Below, one piece after another: positions 37,649 to 51,297 of a stretch of DNA of 64,000 nucleotides; position 1 is the stretch's first letter, and the number at the start of each line of letters is the position of its first letter. The notes under the pieces were generated by a model. That model was not told the origin of the DNA, did no database searches, and worked only from the letters and a program-made list of their open reading frames with translations. The DNA comes from Lingula anatina. Taxonomy: Eukaryota; Animalia; Brachiopoda. The stretch covers positions 5,766,001-5,830,000 of the forward strand of contig CM120647.1 of NCBI GenBank assembly GCA_051362555.1, in the 5' to 3' direction. Both the position numbers and the translations under genes were made by a program.

Positions 37649-39550
37649 TCATAACTGGAAAACTTTAATCCCACCTCTCTCTTCCCCGACTACCAGTTGT
37701 CCAAAACGATTCAGTACTACATCTACAGGAACGCGAATTCCATCTTCTTTGCTTAAAAGAATCTGCTTGAATTCCCCATCTGGTGACACCAGGTGTAGAC
37801 GGTAGTTGCCGGGGTCTGTTACAATTATGTCTCCATTATCCAAGCAGCACGTGCCGCACGGTCTGCCCACCTGTCCATCCCCAGCACCCTGGGTACCATA
37901 TCTGTATTTGAGCTGGAGAGTGGAATCGTAGACACGGATGTGATGAGATGCTGGATCTGAGACTATGGCGCCATCATTCACGTCACAGTGGATGTGTTTA
38001 GTATATTTACCCCCTGGGTCTGGTGCCGTCTGCAGGACCTTGCCATCCTTGTGGTGCACAGTCAGGGTATTGAAACCGGCTACAACATAGTGACCCTTGC
38101 TGTTGACCGCTACTGCATGTGGTGACTTACTGTGGAATGTTCTGACTTGGTCCCCTGTTTTGGTGAAGGCAATGATTTCATTTGATCCCTGACATCTAGT
38201 GACGATGTGACTGTCATCATCAATGGCAATACCGGCAAAGGATTCCTTTTCTGCTGCTCTTGGGTTAGGAATCGTGTCTTGTAGGACAAAGTTGTTATCG
38301 TAGATATTGATCCTGTTTCGTGCCTTATCCTTACAAAAAATACTAATGAGGATGTCGCAATTCGCATCAGTGGTCAAGCGACTGATCACTTCCTCGGGAC
38401 ACTTGCTCAGTTCTTCTTTGAATGATGTCACCAATCTTCCACTGGCAGCGGGAACCACGTCTCCAAGGCAACTGTTGATATTGGTAACGCACTCCTCCAT
38501 GTCTTTGGTGATAAGCTGGAGCCTGGTCATGGCTGCAGGCAGGGTCGGGATGTCGATAGTCTGAACGCTATCGACGCTTTGCTCACAGACTGGGGCCATT
38601 TGCAGAACATCCATATCGTTCCCGTGGTTTATGAGCTTTCTCGAGAAGTCAACAACGTCGTCCAGTCGGTTTTGGTTGGCGGTTGCAGTTTCAATTAATT
38701 CATTTAAAGTATCTAATTTAGCATTCGACTTGGCGTCTATGTCTTCCAGAAGATTATCGCCACGTTGACTGGCCAGCTGAATTATTAGCTCTAACTGCTT
38801 CTTAACTTGAGACTTTGCTGTCTTTCTTCCTTCTTCTACTGATGCTTTCTGGTCCTCAGCAGCGGTCTTGAACTGATCGAAGAGAAGACTTTTCTTCTCG
38901 ATGGGCTTCACGTGAAATTTTAGTTTTTCCTTGCGTTTGTCAGCAGCAATGTTGATTCTTAGGCAATTGTGCCCCTGGTGTTCTAAAACCATACAACCAA
39001 CGCAGATGAACTTTTTACACACTGGACAGAAGATTTCTACGGGGTCCTTGTTGTTGTGGTCACAAAGGGTGTTTTGTCGGGCACGCAGCTCTGTCACGTA
39101 ATCGTCACTGTCAAACTGGTCGACAGGAAACAGTTTGTGGTCGCGATTGAACTTATGAAGCAGATGGTCTGAAGAACAAGCTTCACACATACTTTCCTTG
39201 CAGTCCAAACAACGTTTTGTTGCCGTGGGTGGATTGAGGACATTTTTCAGACAACACACTTTACATTTCTTAGCAGCCTTGGCTTTTTCTACTTGATTAA
39301 GTGTGTGTGATATGCTGACCAGAAGATGATTTGTTTGTAAACCACTTACGCCGCCTACAGGGAGGTCACAATGACCCATACAGATAGGACAAGGGAAGCC
39401 AGGCTGACCTTTGAAGTTTTTGTCCAAATGGTCTTGGAGGCAATGCTGGCAAAACGTATGTGCACAGCCGAGGACCTTGGGGACTTTGTATTTTTCAAGG
39501 CATATGCTGCACGTTAGGAAATCTTCCGTTAGGATCTTCGACAGAGACAT
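37649..39550 (-). CDS. TRIM-NHL protein copy 2, 633 aa
   Basis: Intact ORF with the same domains; acceptor ttaag| 18 nt upstream of the ATG. Confidence 0.94.
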   Translation of the reverse strand: MSLSKILTEDFLTCSICLEKYKVPKVLGCAHTFCQHCLQDHLDKNFKGQPGFPCPICMGHCDLPVGGVSGLQTNHLLVSISHTLNQVEKAKAAKKCKVCCLKNVLNPPTATKRCLDCKESMCEACSSDHLLHKFNRDHKLFPVDQFDSDDYVTELRARQNTLCDHNNKDPVEIFCPVCKKFICVGCMVLEHQGHNCLRINIAADKRKEKLKFHVKPIEKKSLLFDQFKTAAEDQKASVEEGRKTAKSQVKKQLELIIQLASQRGDNLLEDIDAKSNAKLDTLNELIETATANQNRLDDVVDFSRKLINHGNDMDVLQMAPVCEQSVDSVQTIDIPTLPAAMTRLQLITKDMEECVTNINSCLGDVVPAASGRLVTSFKEELSKCPEEVISRLTTDANCDILISIFCKDKARNRINIYDNNFVLQDTIPNPRAAEKESFAGIAIDDDSHIVTRCQGSNEIIAFTKTGDQVRTFHSKSPHAVAVNSKGHYVVAGFNTLTVHHKDGKVLQTAPDPGGKYTKHIHCDVNDGAIVSDPASHHIRVYDSTLQLKYRYGTQGAGDGQVGRPCGTCCLDNGDIIVTDPGNYRLHLVSPDGEFKQILLSKEDGIRVPVDVVLNRFGQLVVGEERGGIKVFQL

Positions 39551-40822
39551 GTCTTATAGCTCCAACACCTTAATGTAAAAAAAGAAAGACATCCAATAAT
39601 TGTTGAAGGTTTGGACATAAATCTATACCATTAAGCTTTATCTAAATACATGCAGTGCAAGAAATGCGACTAAACGTTTTAATGAAATAAAAAGTCCTTG
39701 CATTTGAAAAAATGCAACCTCTTCATTACATGTGGAGGACCCCGTGAGGGCGATTGTAAGAAATTAATGAAACATAGATAAGAGTGGAAAATATCAATGC
39801 AGTACCTCTAGAATTTCATTTTATGGAATTAATAAAAAGAGGGAGAGAGAGAGTTGCCATATTACTTTTCATCGCCCAGATGATGAGTGCTGTAAGGTGT
39901 ATAAGCAAAACAGAATATATGACAAACATAAAGCTAAGTTAATAACATGAAAATGGATAGAATGGCGGAAGTGAAATTTATGCTCTACAAAAAACTCATT
40001 TAATTGAATATAATTTAAACTTTAGAAAGTGAATTATGACATTTATAAAAGTCGAGAATGGGATTAAACTTCTGACAAATTAGAGGTAACCAAAATATTA
40101 CAGGGTAGGTATATGACGAGTGAATGCTGCAATCCGAACTCTGTGCCAAAAGTCATTTTAAGTGCCCTATAAAGACACAAACTGCAGCTAACACCAACCA
40201 AGGTCATTTTCAGACACATAACATTCCCAATATAATATATTACGATATATTAAGAGTCAAATTTACCTGTACTTTCACCAGTTATACATGTATTTCTCTT
40301 CGTGACAGGTACACGTCCCCAGTCGCCATTTAGGTGTGTTGTCTCTCTTGACACGTACACCTGGTCAGGTGAGGTGTTCAATGTTCAAGGAGACGTTAGA
40401 GACAATGTAATCAGCAATATGACACTTAATATTTGTACAATACAGACATGGTTACATATTTTATCACTGTTATCTGACTGAATTCAATTGTGTGCACTGA
40501 TACAACTGTCCTAGTAGCAGTAATGTATAAAAAAGATTTAATACAGCAGGTGACATATAGATATATTACAGTGGCCCGCGTTGGGACATTAACCTTGATG
40601 TTGTATTGTGAATTTCGATACTTGAGATGATATAATTGAGATTATTGAAATTTAGCATATATCTTTAGTCTTACCGGTGGCAGTTATGATGTACACAGTC
40701 TAATTAATATATTGCTGGTTACATGTATGAATTATATGATGAACAATAGGAAGAGTACAGGGACTCGGGATGTCTCAACAACCGCAATCAATGCAGCATC
40801 CCCTCCACCGCATTATACCTTA

Positions 40823-41469
40823 TACCCCCGGCACATAATAGGTGGAATGAGCAAGAATGCCGTTGGAAAGACAATTCTTTGTGCGTTACTGGATATTCGA
40901 AGAGCATTCTCAAGATTCCGAGTGCATTCCAAATATTTTTACCCATTCTTGACGCCGGCCCGAATGTTTGCTCGCGTTAAAAACTTTCGAAGTGCATTCC
41001 AAGAGGAAAATTATGGAATGGCAATTGAATAGTATTCTAACTGCACTATGACTGCATTCTAAATATTCTCACGACATTCCGACAGCATTTGAAACATTCT
41101 GATCACTTTCGAGGGAGAACCGAAATGGCAAGACACTTCAAATTCTGCTAGAATGAGCCAGGATGCAACTTGAATGCATCTCGATCCTATTTCAGCGGCA
41201 TACGAGGAGTATTCTAAATATTCTGACAGCATTATTGATATTCCTAGTTTTCCGACTACATTCGAGCTGCATTTGAGAGCTAATACAGCCAAAATGTGCA
41301 CAAATCATCCAGGCGGATTCAAGCGCATTCTGAGTATTCCAACAGCATTCTTCCAAGAATTTATGTAAATTTGAAATTTCTTCCCGAATATAGTACGAAT
41401 TTTTAAATTTAGTCATTCCGACTGGTTCTGCTTGATTCCTGCTAATTCCGAATAAGTGTGACGGGGGCT
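40823..41469. mobile_element. PIF/Harbinger-like non-autonomous element, TTA TSD, GAATGC/GCATTC-rich
   Basis: tta|tacccccggcaca...gtgtgacgggggct|tta; empty paralogous site (accttagtctacag) at ~62521. Confidence 0.8.
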
Positions 41470-42192
41470 TTAGTTTGCAGATGATCGTTGTGCACAGTGT
41501 GACTTGTTCCTGACTGAGGTGGAAACGATACTCAAACAAAAGCAGCATTTTACTTAGCCCAGAGTGTGAATACCTAGGTGACGATATATCATTTTTACGA
41601 AATCAGTTCTAGAACGTTAAGAGACATGTTAAGGTTAAACAGAGAGGACAGGGTGTCAACATTTTCAGTAATAGCAAAGGTGCACTTTATGAGCGGTTAG
41701 TCATAAGTTCTGTGGCTGTCTGGGCGATACGCAATTATGAAATTTCTATTCTTTCCAACCAATAACCTTATGTTTAAAACCATATGTTGCGTTTGTTATT
41801 TTCCAAAAAATAAATGAATAAATAAAAATTAAAATAATAAATAAAAATGAATTAAATAAAAACATAACAAATGGAAACAAACTGCAGTAAAATTCTAATT
41901 ACGAGAAGCGGATAACGACCGAGACTTAATTGTCGGGTTTACAAAATGTTCGCGATCACATGGTTGGTGAAAGTGTCACACTCCGATGCGAAGGTCCTAT
42001 ATCAAGTATGCATATAACCAGGAAGAAATCGTTAACGGTTAAAATGACAAGAAGTGTTAAGAAGCACAACACGTGTTCACATGAATTCCGATAACCATAT
42101 CAACTTCTTTTTTTCTTTTAAGAGTAATGAATGGCAGTGCAGTTACACAAGTAAAATATTGCAGTAATACTGTCTTCATAAATATCCATTAC

Positions 42193-42285
42193 CTGTTTGT
42201 GTGTGTTCTACATCTACCCCACTTGTTATTTTATTCGTAACTACTAATTACTTAGTAACTAGTAAGTTAAATCTCCCTTTTATAC
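42193..42285 (-). promoter_or_regulatory. Putative TATA promoter and non-coding first exon of TRIM copy 2
   Basis: Minus strand TATAAAAG at 42284, donor ACAG|GTAATG at 42192; conserved upstream of copy 4. Confidence 0.55.
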
Positions 42286-42905
42286 AACCAAGACTGATAG
42301 TGGACTTAACACTGTGCCACAACAAATGTGAAAGCCCAACGCACAAAATGCATTCTTAAATCCCTTTCTTAAAAATAAAAACTTTAAGAAAAGTATTTCG
42401 CGATGCTTGATCATTTCAAAAATAGGGGTGCCTTCCCTAGCCCTTTAATTAAACCAATTTTCTTTATAAAATTAATCAAAACTAACAATTCGGAAAATTT
42501 AAATCAGAATAGGAAACAACATGTATAACGCAGTAGGGTTTTGGAAGCAATTCGACTATCAACAGTACATCCACACTGTTTTCTATTTAGTAACTCGCCT
42601 CACTAACTCTGATCCTTTAAGTTCTGATTCTCCCCTTCTTCAAATACACGACAGGTGTTTCAAAAAGCTAGCGAGACCCGAGCTGCCCACCCGGAAATTG
42701 TCCGCTATGTCGGCGTCGGGAAAATGCGCCGGGGGAGTCGCTTGCGCCAGGACAGAAATCTGTGCCAGGACAGAAATTCCGCGCATCCAACAGGAACTGT
42801 AGTTCTCCAACCAGCTAACTAAAGACGGACTCGGACACAATACCCGCACTTTGAACCTGCTTCCGGTAGACTTAATTTACACACCGACAAGCCTACAACA
42901 CTTCC

Positions 42906-44062
42906 CATGGCCAGAAATGTGCAGCATATACGCGATACGCGAGGGCGCAACAGTAGGGCTTCACGTGACTCAACTAACCAATCACAGCACAAGAATGGCA
43001 TCGCACACAGACTCTGTGATAAGTGCTCAGCCCATTGTCAAGTAGTGTTAGTTCATGGTAACAAGCGTCTGATATGTGCAGAGAAGTTTATTATTATAAT
43101 ATATATTGTTCTTTTTGTTACATTATTAAATCTAACTCTGTACCCGAGTAAGTAACTATACTGTACCAAGTCAGGTACTGATGATGTACAGAGGTCATAT
43201 ATTCCAGAATTAGCCATTACCACTGATTTATAACTTTCATTTTTGTTTAATATGTTATTCATGAAAGAGTTCATGAAAGATTATTTTAATTTGTTAAATC
43301 GTGATCTTATTCTTTTTATATTCAAATAATTGAATACTGTGGGTAAAATTGGTCTTCCACTTCTTATTTGCATTTTTCCTTTACTACAAGATTATTTTGG
43401 AACAGTTGCAGCATTAAAAATTTAAATAAATAGCAATCTGAAAGAAGAATTTTGCATAATTATTAAATGATGATAGGAATTTTGGATTAAGAGATTAGTT
43501 AAATACTGAGTAGTGATATGGTCAGTCAATTTATGTAGAATCTGATAACATGATTGAAAATACTGATTGAATTCTTGGCCTTGCACTGGGCAGTTTTACA
43601 TTTGTGCCAAGTGCTCTTTTTGGACTCCATTGTACAGTGGTAAAAAATCTTCAATTGCCATGAAATTTTTTAATCAGACTCTGTATGTTACCGCTATCAG
43701 CTGGTGCTATCGGCAACGAATTAATTTCCCTTTGTTTCTGAGTGAATCTACCGTCTAAAATCACTATAACTGAAAATATTTGCGTTTTGCTGAGGGTAGT
43801 CTAGACAATATACGGCAAACTTCTTAGTACGTGTGTACAACAGAATTTTTTTAAAAACCCTAGCGATATTTGGTCAGGAGTTGCTTGAAGCATAGCACAG
43901 CGTTGCTGTCTATCGGCATCAGGCCGTTAGTTTGTCAGTTCTCACGAATTACCCACGAATCGCGAACCAATTCATTTTCCCATGGCAATCTAGCAACTCA
44001 TTAAAAATGCACGCATGCGCAGTGGGCTAGGCGTGACGTCATGTAGTGCATTTCTGGGGATG
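42906..44062. mobile_element. TIR-bounded insertion (~1.16 kb), probable non-autonomous DNA transposon
   Basis: Ends catggccagaaatg / catttctggggatg; absent from the paralogous interval (cacttccttagaatga at ~57040). Confidence 0.65.
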
Positions 44063-44536
44063 CTTAGAATGACAAAGGTAATTGTACAAGAAGAGCATAT
44101 ATACAGAAATTAAACAACTAATTAATTCTCCCCAGCAACCGTAAAAAATACTTCGAGTACTGATTGAATATGAGTACCCCACATGACAAACCCCAAAAAT
44201 GATATCAGTAAACAATGTGAACATTTTTATATTTTGCAATACTCCAATTAAATTTTTATCTTGGAATCTCAGTAATCAAAATAATAAACGTATCCACATC
44301 TTTATAAAACTAACAATCCAAATATTGATGTCATCTTTTACTTCAAAGGGACATTCACTGAGGCACTGTTCTGGAGATATGCGACAGGAAATGTGCGAAA
44401 GCTGTCAAATTTATAAACCCCGTTGCTCTGTCATATATCTTCTTTCGCAAAAATAACAGGTTCGCATTTTTCAGTCATTATTTACAAGCATTTACAAACA
44501 TGTTGTCGATGTCCATTGTTCGTTTGGTATCATCAG

Positions 44537-46435
44537 TCATAATTCGAAAGTTCTGATTTCGCCACTCAGTTCCCCAACTACCAGTTGTCCGAGATGATTT
44601 ATTACGATATCTTTGGGAAAGCAAATTCCATCTTCTTTGCTTAAAAGAATCTGCTTGAATGCCCCATCTGGTGACACCAGATGTAGACGATGGTTGCCGA
44701 CGTCTGTTACAATTATGTCTCCATTATCCAAGCAGCACGTGCCGCACGGTCTGCCCACCCGTCCATCCCCAGCACCCTGGGTACCATATCTGGATTTGAG
44801 CTGGAGATTGGAATTGTATACACGGATGCCATCATCTCCTGTGATAATCACGTCGTCATTCACGTTACAGTGGATGTATTTCAAATATTCCTCCTCTGGG
44901 TCTGGTGTTGTCTGCAAGACCTTGCCATCTTTGTGGTGCACAGTCAGAGTATTAAGACCGGCTACAACATAATGACCCTTGCTGTTGACCGCTACTGCTT
45001 CTGGTAACTCACTGTGGAATGTTCTGACGTGGTCCCCTGTCTTGCTGAAGACAATGATTTCATTTGACTCCCGACAATAAGTGACAATGTTACCGTCATC
45101 ATCAATGGCAATCCCACCAAACACACCCTTTTCTGTTGCTCTTGGATTAGGAATTGTTCCCTGTAGGGAAAAGGTGTTATCGTAAATGTGGATTCTATTC
45201 CGTGCCTTGTCCTCATTACACCAAATACCAATAAGGATGCTACCATTTGTATCAGTGGTCACATGACTGATCATCTCCTTAGGACACGTAGTCAATTCTT
45301 CTTTGAATGATGTCACCAATCTTCCACTGGCAGCGGGAACCACGTCTCCTAGGTAACTGTTGATATTGGTTACGCATTCCTCCATGTCATTGGTGATAAG
45401 CTGTAGCTGGGTCACGGCTGCGGGCAGGGTTGGAATGTCGATAGTCTGAACGCTGTCGAAGCTTTGCTCACAGGCAGAGGCCATTTGCAGGACATCCATA
45501 TCATTCCCATGGTTTATAAGCTTTCTCGAGAAGTCTACAACGTCGATCAGTCGGTTTTGGTTGGTGATTGCAGTTCCAATTAAACCATTTAAAATCTCCA
45601 ATTTGGCATTCGATTTGGCGTCTATTTCTTCCAGGTGGTTATCGGCACATTGGTTGACCATCTTAATTATTAGTTCTAACTGCTTCTTAACTTGAATCTT
45701 TGCCTTCTTTCTTCCATTTTCTACTGACGCTTTCTGGTCTTCAACAACGATTTTGAACTGATCGAAGAGTAAACTTTTCTTCTCGATTGGTTTCACGCGG
45801 AGTTCTAGTTTTTCCTTGTGTTTGTCAGCAGCAATGTTGATTCTTAGGCAATCGTGACTCTGGTGTTCTAAAACCATACAACCGACGCAGACGAACTTCG
45901 TACACACTGGACAGTAGATTTCTACAGGGTCCTTGTTGTTGTGGTCACAAAGGGTGTTTTGTCGGGCACGCATCTCTGTCACGTATTCGTCACTGTCAAA
46001 TTGGTCGACAGGAAACAATTTGTGGTCACGATTTAACTTATGAAGCACATGGTCCGAAGAACAATCTCCACACATACTTTCTGCACAGTCCAAACAACGT
46101 TTTGTTCCCGTGGGTGGATTGCGTACATTTTTCAGATAACACACTTCACATTTCTTAGCAGCCTTGGCCTGTTCTACTTGATCAAGTGTGTGTGATATGC
46201 TGACCAGAAGATGGTTTGTTTGTAACCCGCTTACACCGCCTCCAGAAAGGTCACATTGGCGCCTACAGAGAGGACAATGGAAGCGAGGCTGGCCTTGGAA
46301 ATTTTTGTCCAAATGGTCTTGGAGGCAATGCTGGCAAAACGTATGTGTACAGCCGAGGACCTTGGGGTCTTTGAACTTTCCAAGGCATATGCTGCACGTT
46401 AGGAAATCTTCCGTTAGGATCTTGGACAGAGACAT
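44537..46435 (-). CDS. TRIM-NHL protein copy 3, 632 aa
   Basis: Intact ORF with the same domains; acceptor tacag| just upstream of the ATG. Confidence 0.94.
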   Translation of the reverse strand: MSLSKILTEDFLTCSICLGKFKDPKVLGCTHTFCQHCLQDHLDKNFQGQPRFHCPLCRRQCDLSGGGVSGLQTNHLLVSISHTLDQVEQAKAAKKCEVCYLKNVRNPPTGTKRCLDCAESMCGDCSSDHVLHKLNRDHKLFPVDQFDSDEYVTEMRARQNTLCDHNNKDPVEIYCPVCTKFVCVGCMVLEHQSHDCLRINIAADKHKEKLELRVKPIEKKSLLFDQFKIVVEDQKASVENGRKKAKIQVKKQLELIIKMVNQCADNHLEEIDAKSNAKLEILNGLIGTAITNQNRLIDVVDFSRKLINHGNDMDVLQMASACEQSFDSVQTIDIPTLPAAVTQLQLITNDMEECVTNINSYLGDVVPAASGRLVTSFKEELTTCPKEMISHVTTDTNGSILIGIWCNEDKARNRIHIYDNTFSLQGTIPNPRATEKGVFGGIAIDDDGNIVTYCRESNEIIVFSKTGDHVRTFHSELPEAVAVNSKGHYVVAGLNTLTVHHKDGKVLQTTPDPEEEYLKYIHCNVNDDVIITGDDGIRVYNSNLQLKSRYGTQGAGDGRVGRPCGTCCLDNGDIIVTDVGNHRLHLVSPDGAFKQILLSKEDGICFPKDIVINHLGQLVVGELSGEIRTFEL

Positions 46436-47549
46436 GACGCTAAGGACCTGTATTAAAAAAAAAAAGAAATGAAAGAACTCTATTATATGATAAAATCTTT
46501 TGTGATGGAGGTAGACGTCATGATAATTAAATTTGTGTAAAATAGGGAATGTAATGTGCTAAAAATAGTTGTGATAATCGCATAAAGTTATAATTTAACA
46601 CACGCAATTCTATAACATTCTTTTCTGTTCAAATTCAAAATTTTTAGAATTAAAAATACCCTTAAAAGTATACCCCGGTAGCTCATTCACCTGTATTGAA
46701 GAGATAATGTATAAAATCGGGCGTGTCACGCATGCGAAATGACTTGAGCAAAAAAAACAATCGCATTATCTGAATTTATAAATATATATCAAAATATACA
46801 CGTTGGAAGCTCGTTATATAGTTATAAAAATGCAACCTTTTTCAGGATATTAATGAGCTGTGCGGTCAGATGGTCTGGGAAACGTATTCTGTATATTCTA
46901 GTTGATTCTGCAAATCAGTCAACATGACCTCAGTATTGTGTAGCATAACCATTTTACTTTCTGAGCTCGAGTATCAAGTCCACCAATTATACTCCGACCA
47001 AAATGGAAAAAATCAGTAAACAATATTATTTAATATAATATATTGAGGGCACAGGGATAAATACTCTGCAAGGTTTCGCTTGTTTTATTGTAATCTGGGA
47101 GGGGAAAAGGGATACCTACAAAGTTCAGGGAGGATCACGTGTCTGGTGCACCCAATCCCAACTCCCTCCACCCTCGGGTCCGCTACTATAAAATTCCATT
47201 AGCATAGTTTGATTTGGTTTTATCAAACATTTTACATGAGACTTGAGTTAAGAGTGTTTGTGAACCTTTTACCACTGTGGCTGCCTACAACAACATTTTT
47301 TATAAAGGCAAGATCTCATGATCACCCTGGGTTAGATGTTAATGCATTTCACTGAGACAAACAATGCAGCGTTTTAAATGCAATTAAATATGTAATTACT
47401 TTTGTAAGAGTAAATGCATTAAATCATTCAAATTTTCAATCAAATTTTGACTAATAGACTAATTTTCCCACTTGATTCGAAGTAAGACAAAAAACGTATG
47501 CTTTTGTACAACAAGCCTGAGAAAATGTATAAAATATATAATCTTTGCG

Positions 47550-49100
47550 GATTTTCGAACTTTGCTGCCATTCTGTCAATCAAAACACCCTGGTGTATCT
47601 AAAGTTCAAAGAACCATCAAAGATTATGTCCACTAACTTGTAAATAAAACACTTCATACAAACCTTTTCGTCTTATATTTGTATACGGTAATGTTTTTTA
47701 AACAAGCACCTTTTATATCGAATGATATTTAAAAAGTAGTACCTCTTCTACGCAACACAAATACATTTTTTGAAAAGAACATATAAGAAGTTGTTTTACT
47801 TGGTTGTGCTCATAAATTTACCTTGACTTGACAGTAGACACATGCAGACAAATATAAGTCTTGATAAGGGACTAAAAACTACTTGCATGAGGACGGCTAA
47901 TCTCATTTTCTTTTTAAAAAAATATTGCCCGATATTCTATTACGGCCCAATCGTTGAGTTGCTATAGTTGTTGACAAACAAGTATAGGTCTACATGCAAC
48001 ATAGCCATAAAAAGTGCTAGGGTTGAGTAAGGTACAAATATAGTTTACAGGTGAGAATTTTTTCTTTTTGAATACCCTAGGTTTAATTCAGCGAAAGAAA
48101 TAATCACCAATTGTTGCCTTCGACAATCGGCCTGGGAAAGAAATCAATTTTTTCATTTCATTTTTTCCTTAAGAAATTTCAGTCAATAAAACGTTCAATG
48201 TCAGTCTTGATTAAAGTATGTATCTTGTTGGTTGAATACGTGAAGTTGAAAATGTGAAGTATACTTTTACCTGAAACAGGATGGAATTTAAAAGGAAAAA
48301 AAAGTAAAAAAATATTACGTAATATAAGATATTGAGGGGACAGGGATAAATACCCTGCAAGGTTTCGCTTATTGCCGTTTTCGAACTTTGCTGCCATTCT
48401 GTCAATCAAAACACCCTGGTGTATCTTAAGTTGAAAGAACCATCACAGATTATGTCCACTAACTTGTAAATAAAACACTTCATACAAACCTTTTCGTCTT
48501 ATATTTGTATACGGTAATGTTTTTTAAACAAGCACCCTTTATATCGATTGTTATTAAAAAGTAGTACCTCTTCTACGCAACACAAATACTTTTTTGAAAA
48601 GAACATATAAGAAATAGTTGTTCTACTTGGCTGTGCTCATACATTTACATTGACTTGACAGTAGGCACATGCAGACAAATATAAGTCTTGCTAAGGGAGT
48701 AAAAACTACTTGTATGAGGACGGCTGATCTCATTTTTCAAAAAATGTTGCCCGGTCGATATTCTATTACGGCCCAATCGTTGAGTTGCTATAGTTGTTGA
48801 CAAACAAATTTAGGTCTACATGCAACATAGCCATAGAAAGAGCTAGGGTTGGGTAAGGTGGAAAAATTGATTACAGGTGAGCATTTTTATTTTTGAATAC
48901 CCTGAGTTCAATACAGCGTAAGAAATAATCAGCAATCGTTACCTTCGACAAAAGAAATCAGTGTTTTCTTTTTATTTTTTTCTTAAGACATTTCAGTCAA
49001 TAAAACGTTCAATATCAGTATAGATTGAAGTATGTCTCTTGTTGATTAAATACGTGCAGTTGAAAATGAGAAATGTTTTTACCTAAAATCAGATGGATTC
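47550..49100. repeat. Local tandem duplication (~740 bp) in the copy-3 5' intron
   Basis: ttttcgaactttgctgccattctgtcaatcaaaacaccctgg... at 47552 and 48378; single copy at 34332-35085 in copy 1. Confidence 0.9.
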
Positions 49101-49282
49101 TAAAAGAGTCACACGAAATCTACTAAGCCGTTGAAATGGCGCCCCTGATTTCTTTAATAATTAGCACATGTGTTTGTTACACATTTTACGCAATAACACC
49201 AATGTAGATATATTTCATATGCGAGAAGGCAGTTTAAATATAACCTTTAAGTATAAGAAATGAAATATAATTTCCCCCTTAC

Positions 49283-49362
49283 CTTTCACATGGGACTTTG
49301 ACGACATTCACGTCTCTGTTCAACTGGCAGCTGTGGCTTTCCTAACGACCTAGATTATAAAA
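49283..49362 (-). promoter_or_regulatory. Putative TATA promoter and non-coding first exon of TRIM copy 3
   Basis: Near-identical to 35487-35566. Confidence 0.55.
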
Positions 49363-51297
49363 TGACGAACAGGTAACCCTGAGGTAAACAGAACACGTCA
49401 CTCCCATCCGATCTCATTCGTCGATGAGTGATCTGTAAGGAACGATACATTTCCGATTATGAGCCTCGTTTCAAATCCTAACAGTATGGCTTCGCACGTG
49501 GCAGCAATATTCGCTAGGCGAGAACGTGATGAAGCATTATCACTTCACTGCTCGCTTCACAAAGTATTAAATGATCTTAAAATTTGTATTATCACATGAA
49601 TTGTCGTATGATTATCTACCAAAGGAATTGAGAAGCGTGTTTTCTGAATGCGGGTGAAATATGACAAAACTCAACAAATAACTAATGTGCAATGTGTGAG
49701 TCAAGTCACATCTACTGCAATACACCATCATGGCCGTAGTTGTACCACCGTCTCCGGATCATAAAGCTTGTAAAAAGTCTCCTCACACGTACCATCGGGT
49801 ATAATGTATACCGTAACCAATTAACTGTTTAACATTCCGCTAAAGGAGCTTACTGAAGATGCTCTTAGATGCGATGTAGTTCGCTCATACAAATCTGTCA
49901 TAATTATATCGAATCGGTAATCGGGAACCAAGATCTTTCTGAGTCGGTTAAGAGGTCCCACGAGTAACTTTTTACGTATTTAAATTCCGCCGTATACCTA
50001 TGGCCCCTGTACAAATTTGGCAAAAACTTGCACACGATTTCGTAGAGTAATTTTTGTGATATTCGGAGAGAATTGAAGAAGCAAGCAAAGAAAACGGCCG
50101 AGGGACACTATTTGGTCTTACGTTAATGACATAGACTTTTCAAGCGAAACTGTGAGGATAGAACAATTTATGACAAAAACCGCAAGGGGTCCCTTAGAAG
50201 AGATTGGGGAAATTTGTTGAAAGGGACTGTCTAGCAAACGATCCCAAGACATTTTCCGCGCTCTTTGTCCTTTTTCTGCATGAACCAGAAAAATTCAAAT
50301 CAGAATCAGAAATTAATCGTAGCTGATTTACCCCTCCTTTAAATACGCAACAGGACCCCCCAGAAAGTTATCGATACCTGCGTTGCTCACGATGAAATTC
50401 TCCGCTTTTGGAAATCTGCGTCAGGGGGGACGTATGTGGCAGAGGAGAAAACTGTGCTCCTGGACAGAAATCTGCGTTCAGACAGAAATCTTAACTACGA
50501 CCGAAATCTTTGCTCGGATAGAAATATGTGCCAGGATCAGGGATACTTATTCCGCGCAATTGAACGGAACTACAACTTTTCCATCCTTTACTTTAAACCC
50601 GATTAATTTACACACAGACAACAATTACAAATATTCAGATTGAGAATGCAACAATACATTAATATATGAAAAATGTAATATTGATAATTTAATTAATGAG
50701 ATATAGATTGATTAAACAATTAACTTTTCAATTAAATTTTCCCATTCGTACAATTTATAACAAACGCCTCTCTGTCCTCTCAGAATGATACATGCATTGC
50801 AACAGTGTAAATACATAAATAAAATAATTTTAAACATCAATACAGTAGATTATTTTACAGGGGAAACAATTCTCTAAAACTGAAAAAAATTATAGAGGAG
50901 TGATACTTGTAACAGTATAAACATTGACATATTCAGAATCCAGTTGCTTTGACAGATTTCTTCTTTCCCAAAAATTACAGATGCTAATTTTTTTCAGTCA
51001 TTTCCAGTATAAACAGGTAACAATTAATGTTTGTATTACAACAATATGCGTGATGCACAAATGCAGCTACCCAATATTCTGTGATATCATATGCCTGTTT
51101 AGTCACAGATAACAATTCTGACCCTTAAAGGATATGCAACCAATGGGCCGAGGAATTTTATTGAAACAAAACGTTTATGGTCCACGTCACGTAAGTTCTA
51201 CACGGCTGGCTGACATTGCATTGTAAGTAAGAATTGTTTTAGTCTTTTGTATTATCAATCATATAATCGGTGTCCATTGTTAGTTTGATATCATCAG

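Larger units (their letters stand above)
35310..42905. repeat. Segmental duplication unit, near-identical to ~49105-57045
   Basis: Long colinear near-identity including TRIM copies 2/4, their introns and intergenic DNA; offset ~13.65 kb at the TRIM CDS. Confidence 0.95.

Noticed and set aside
36703-43155. Short ORFs conserved between ~36.7-43 kb and ~50.4-57 kb
   Set aside because: The conservation reflects recent segmental duplication; indels and stops differ between copies and there are no motifs.
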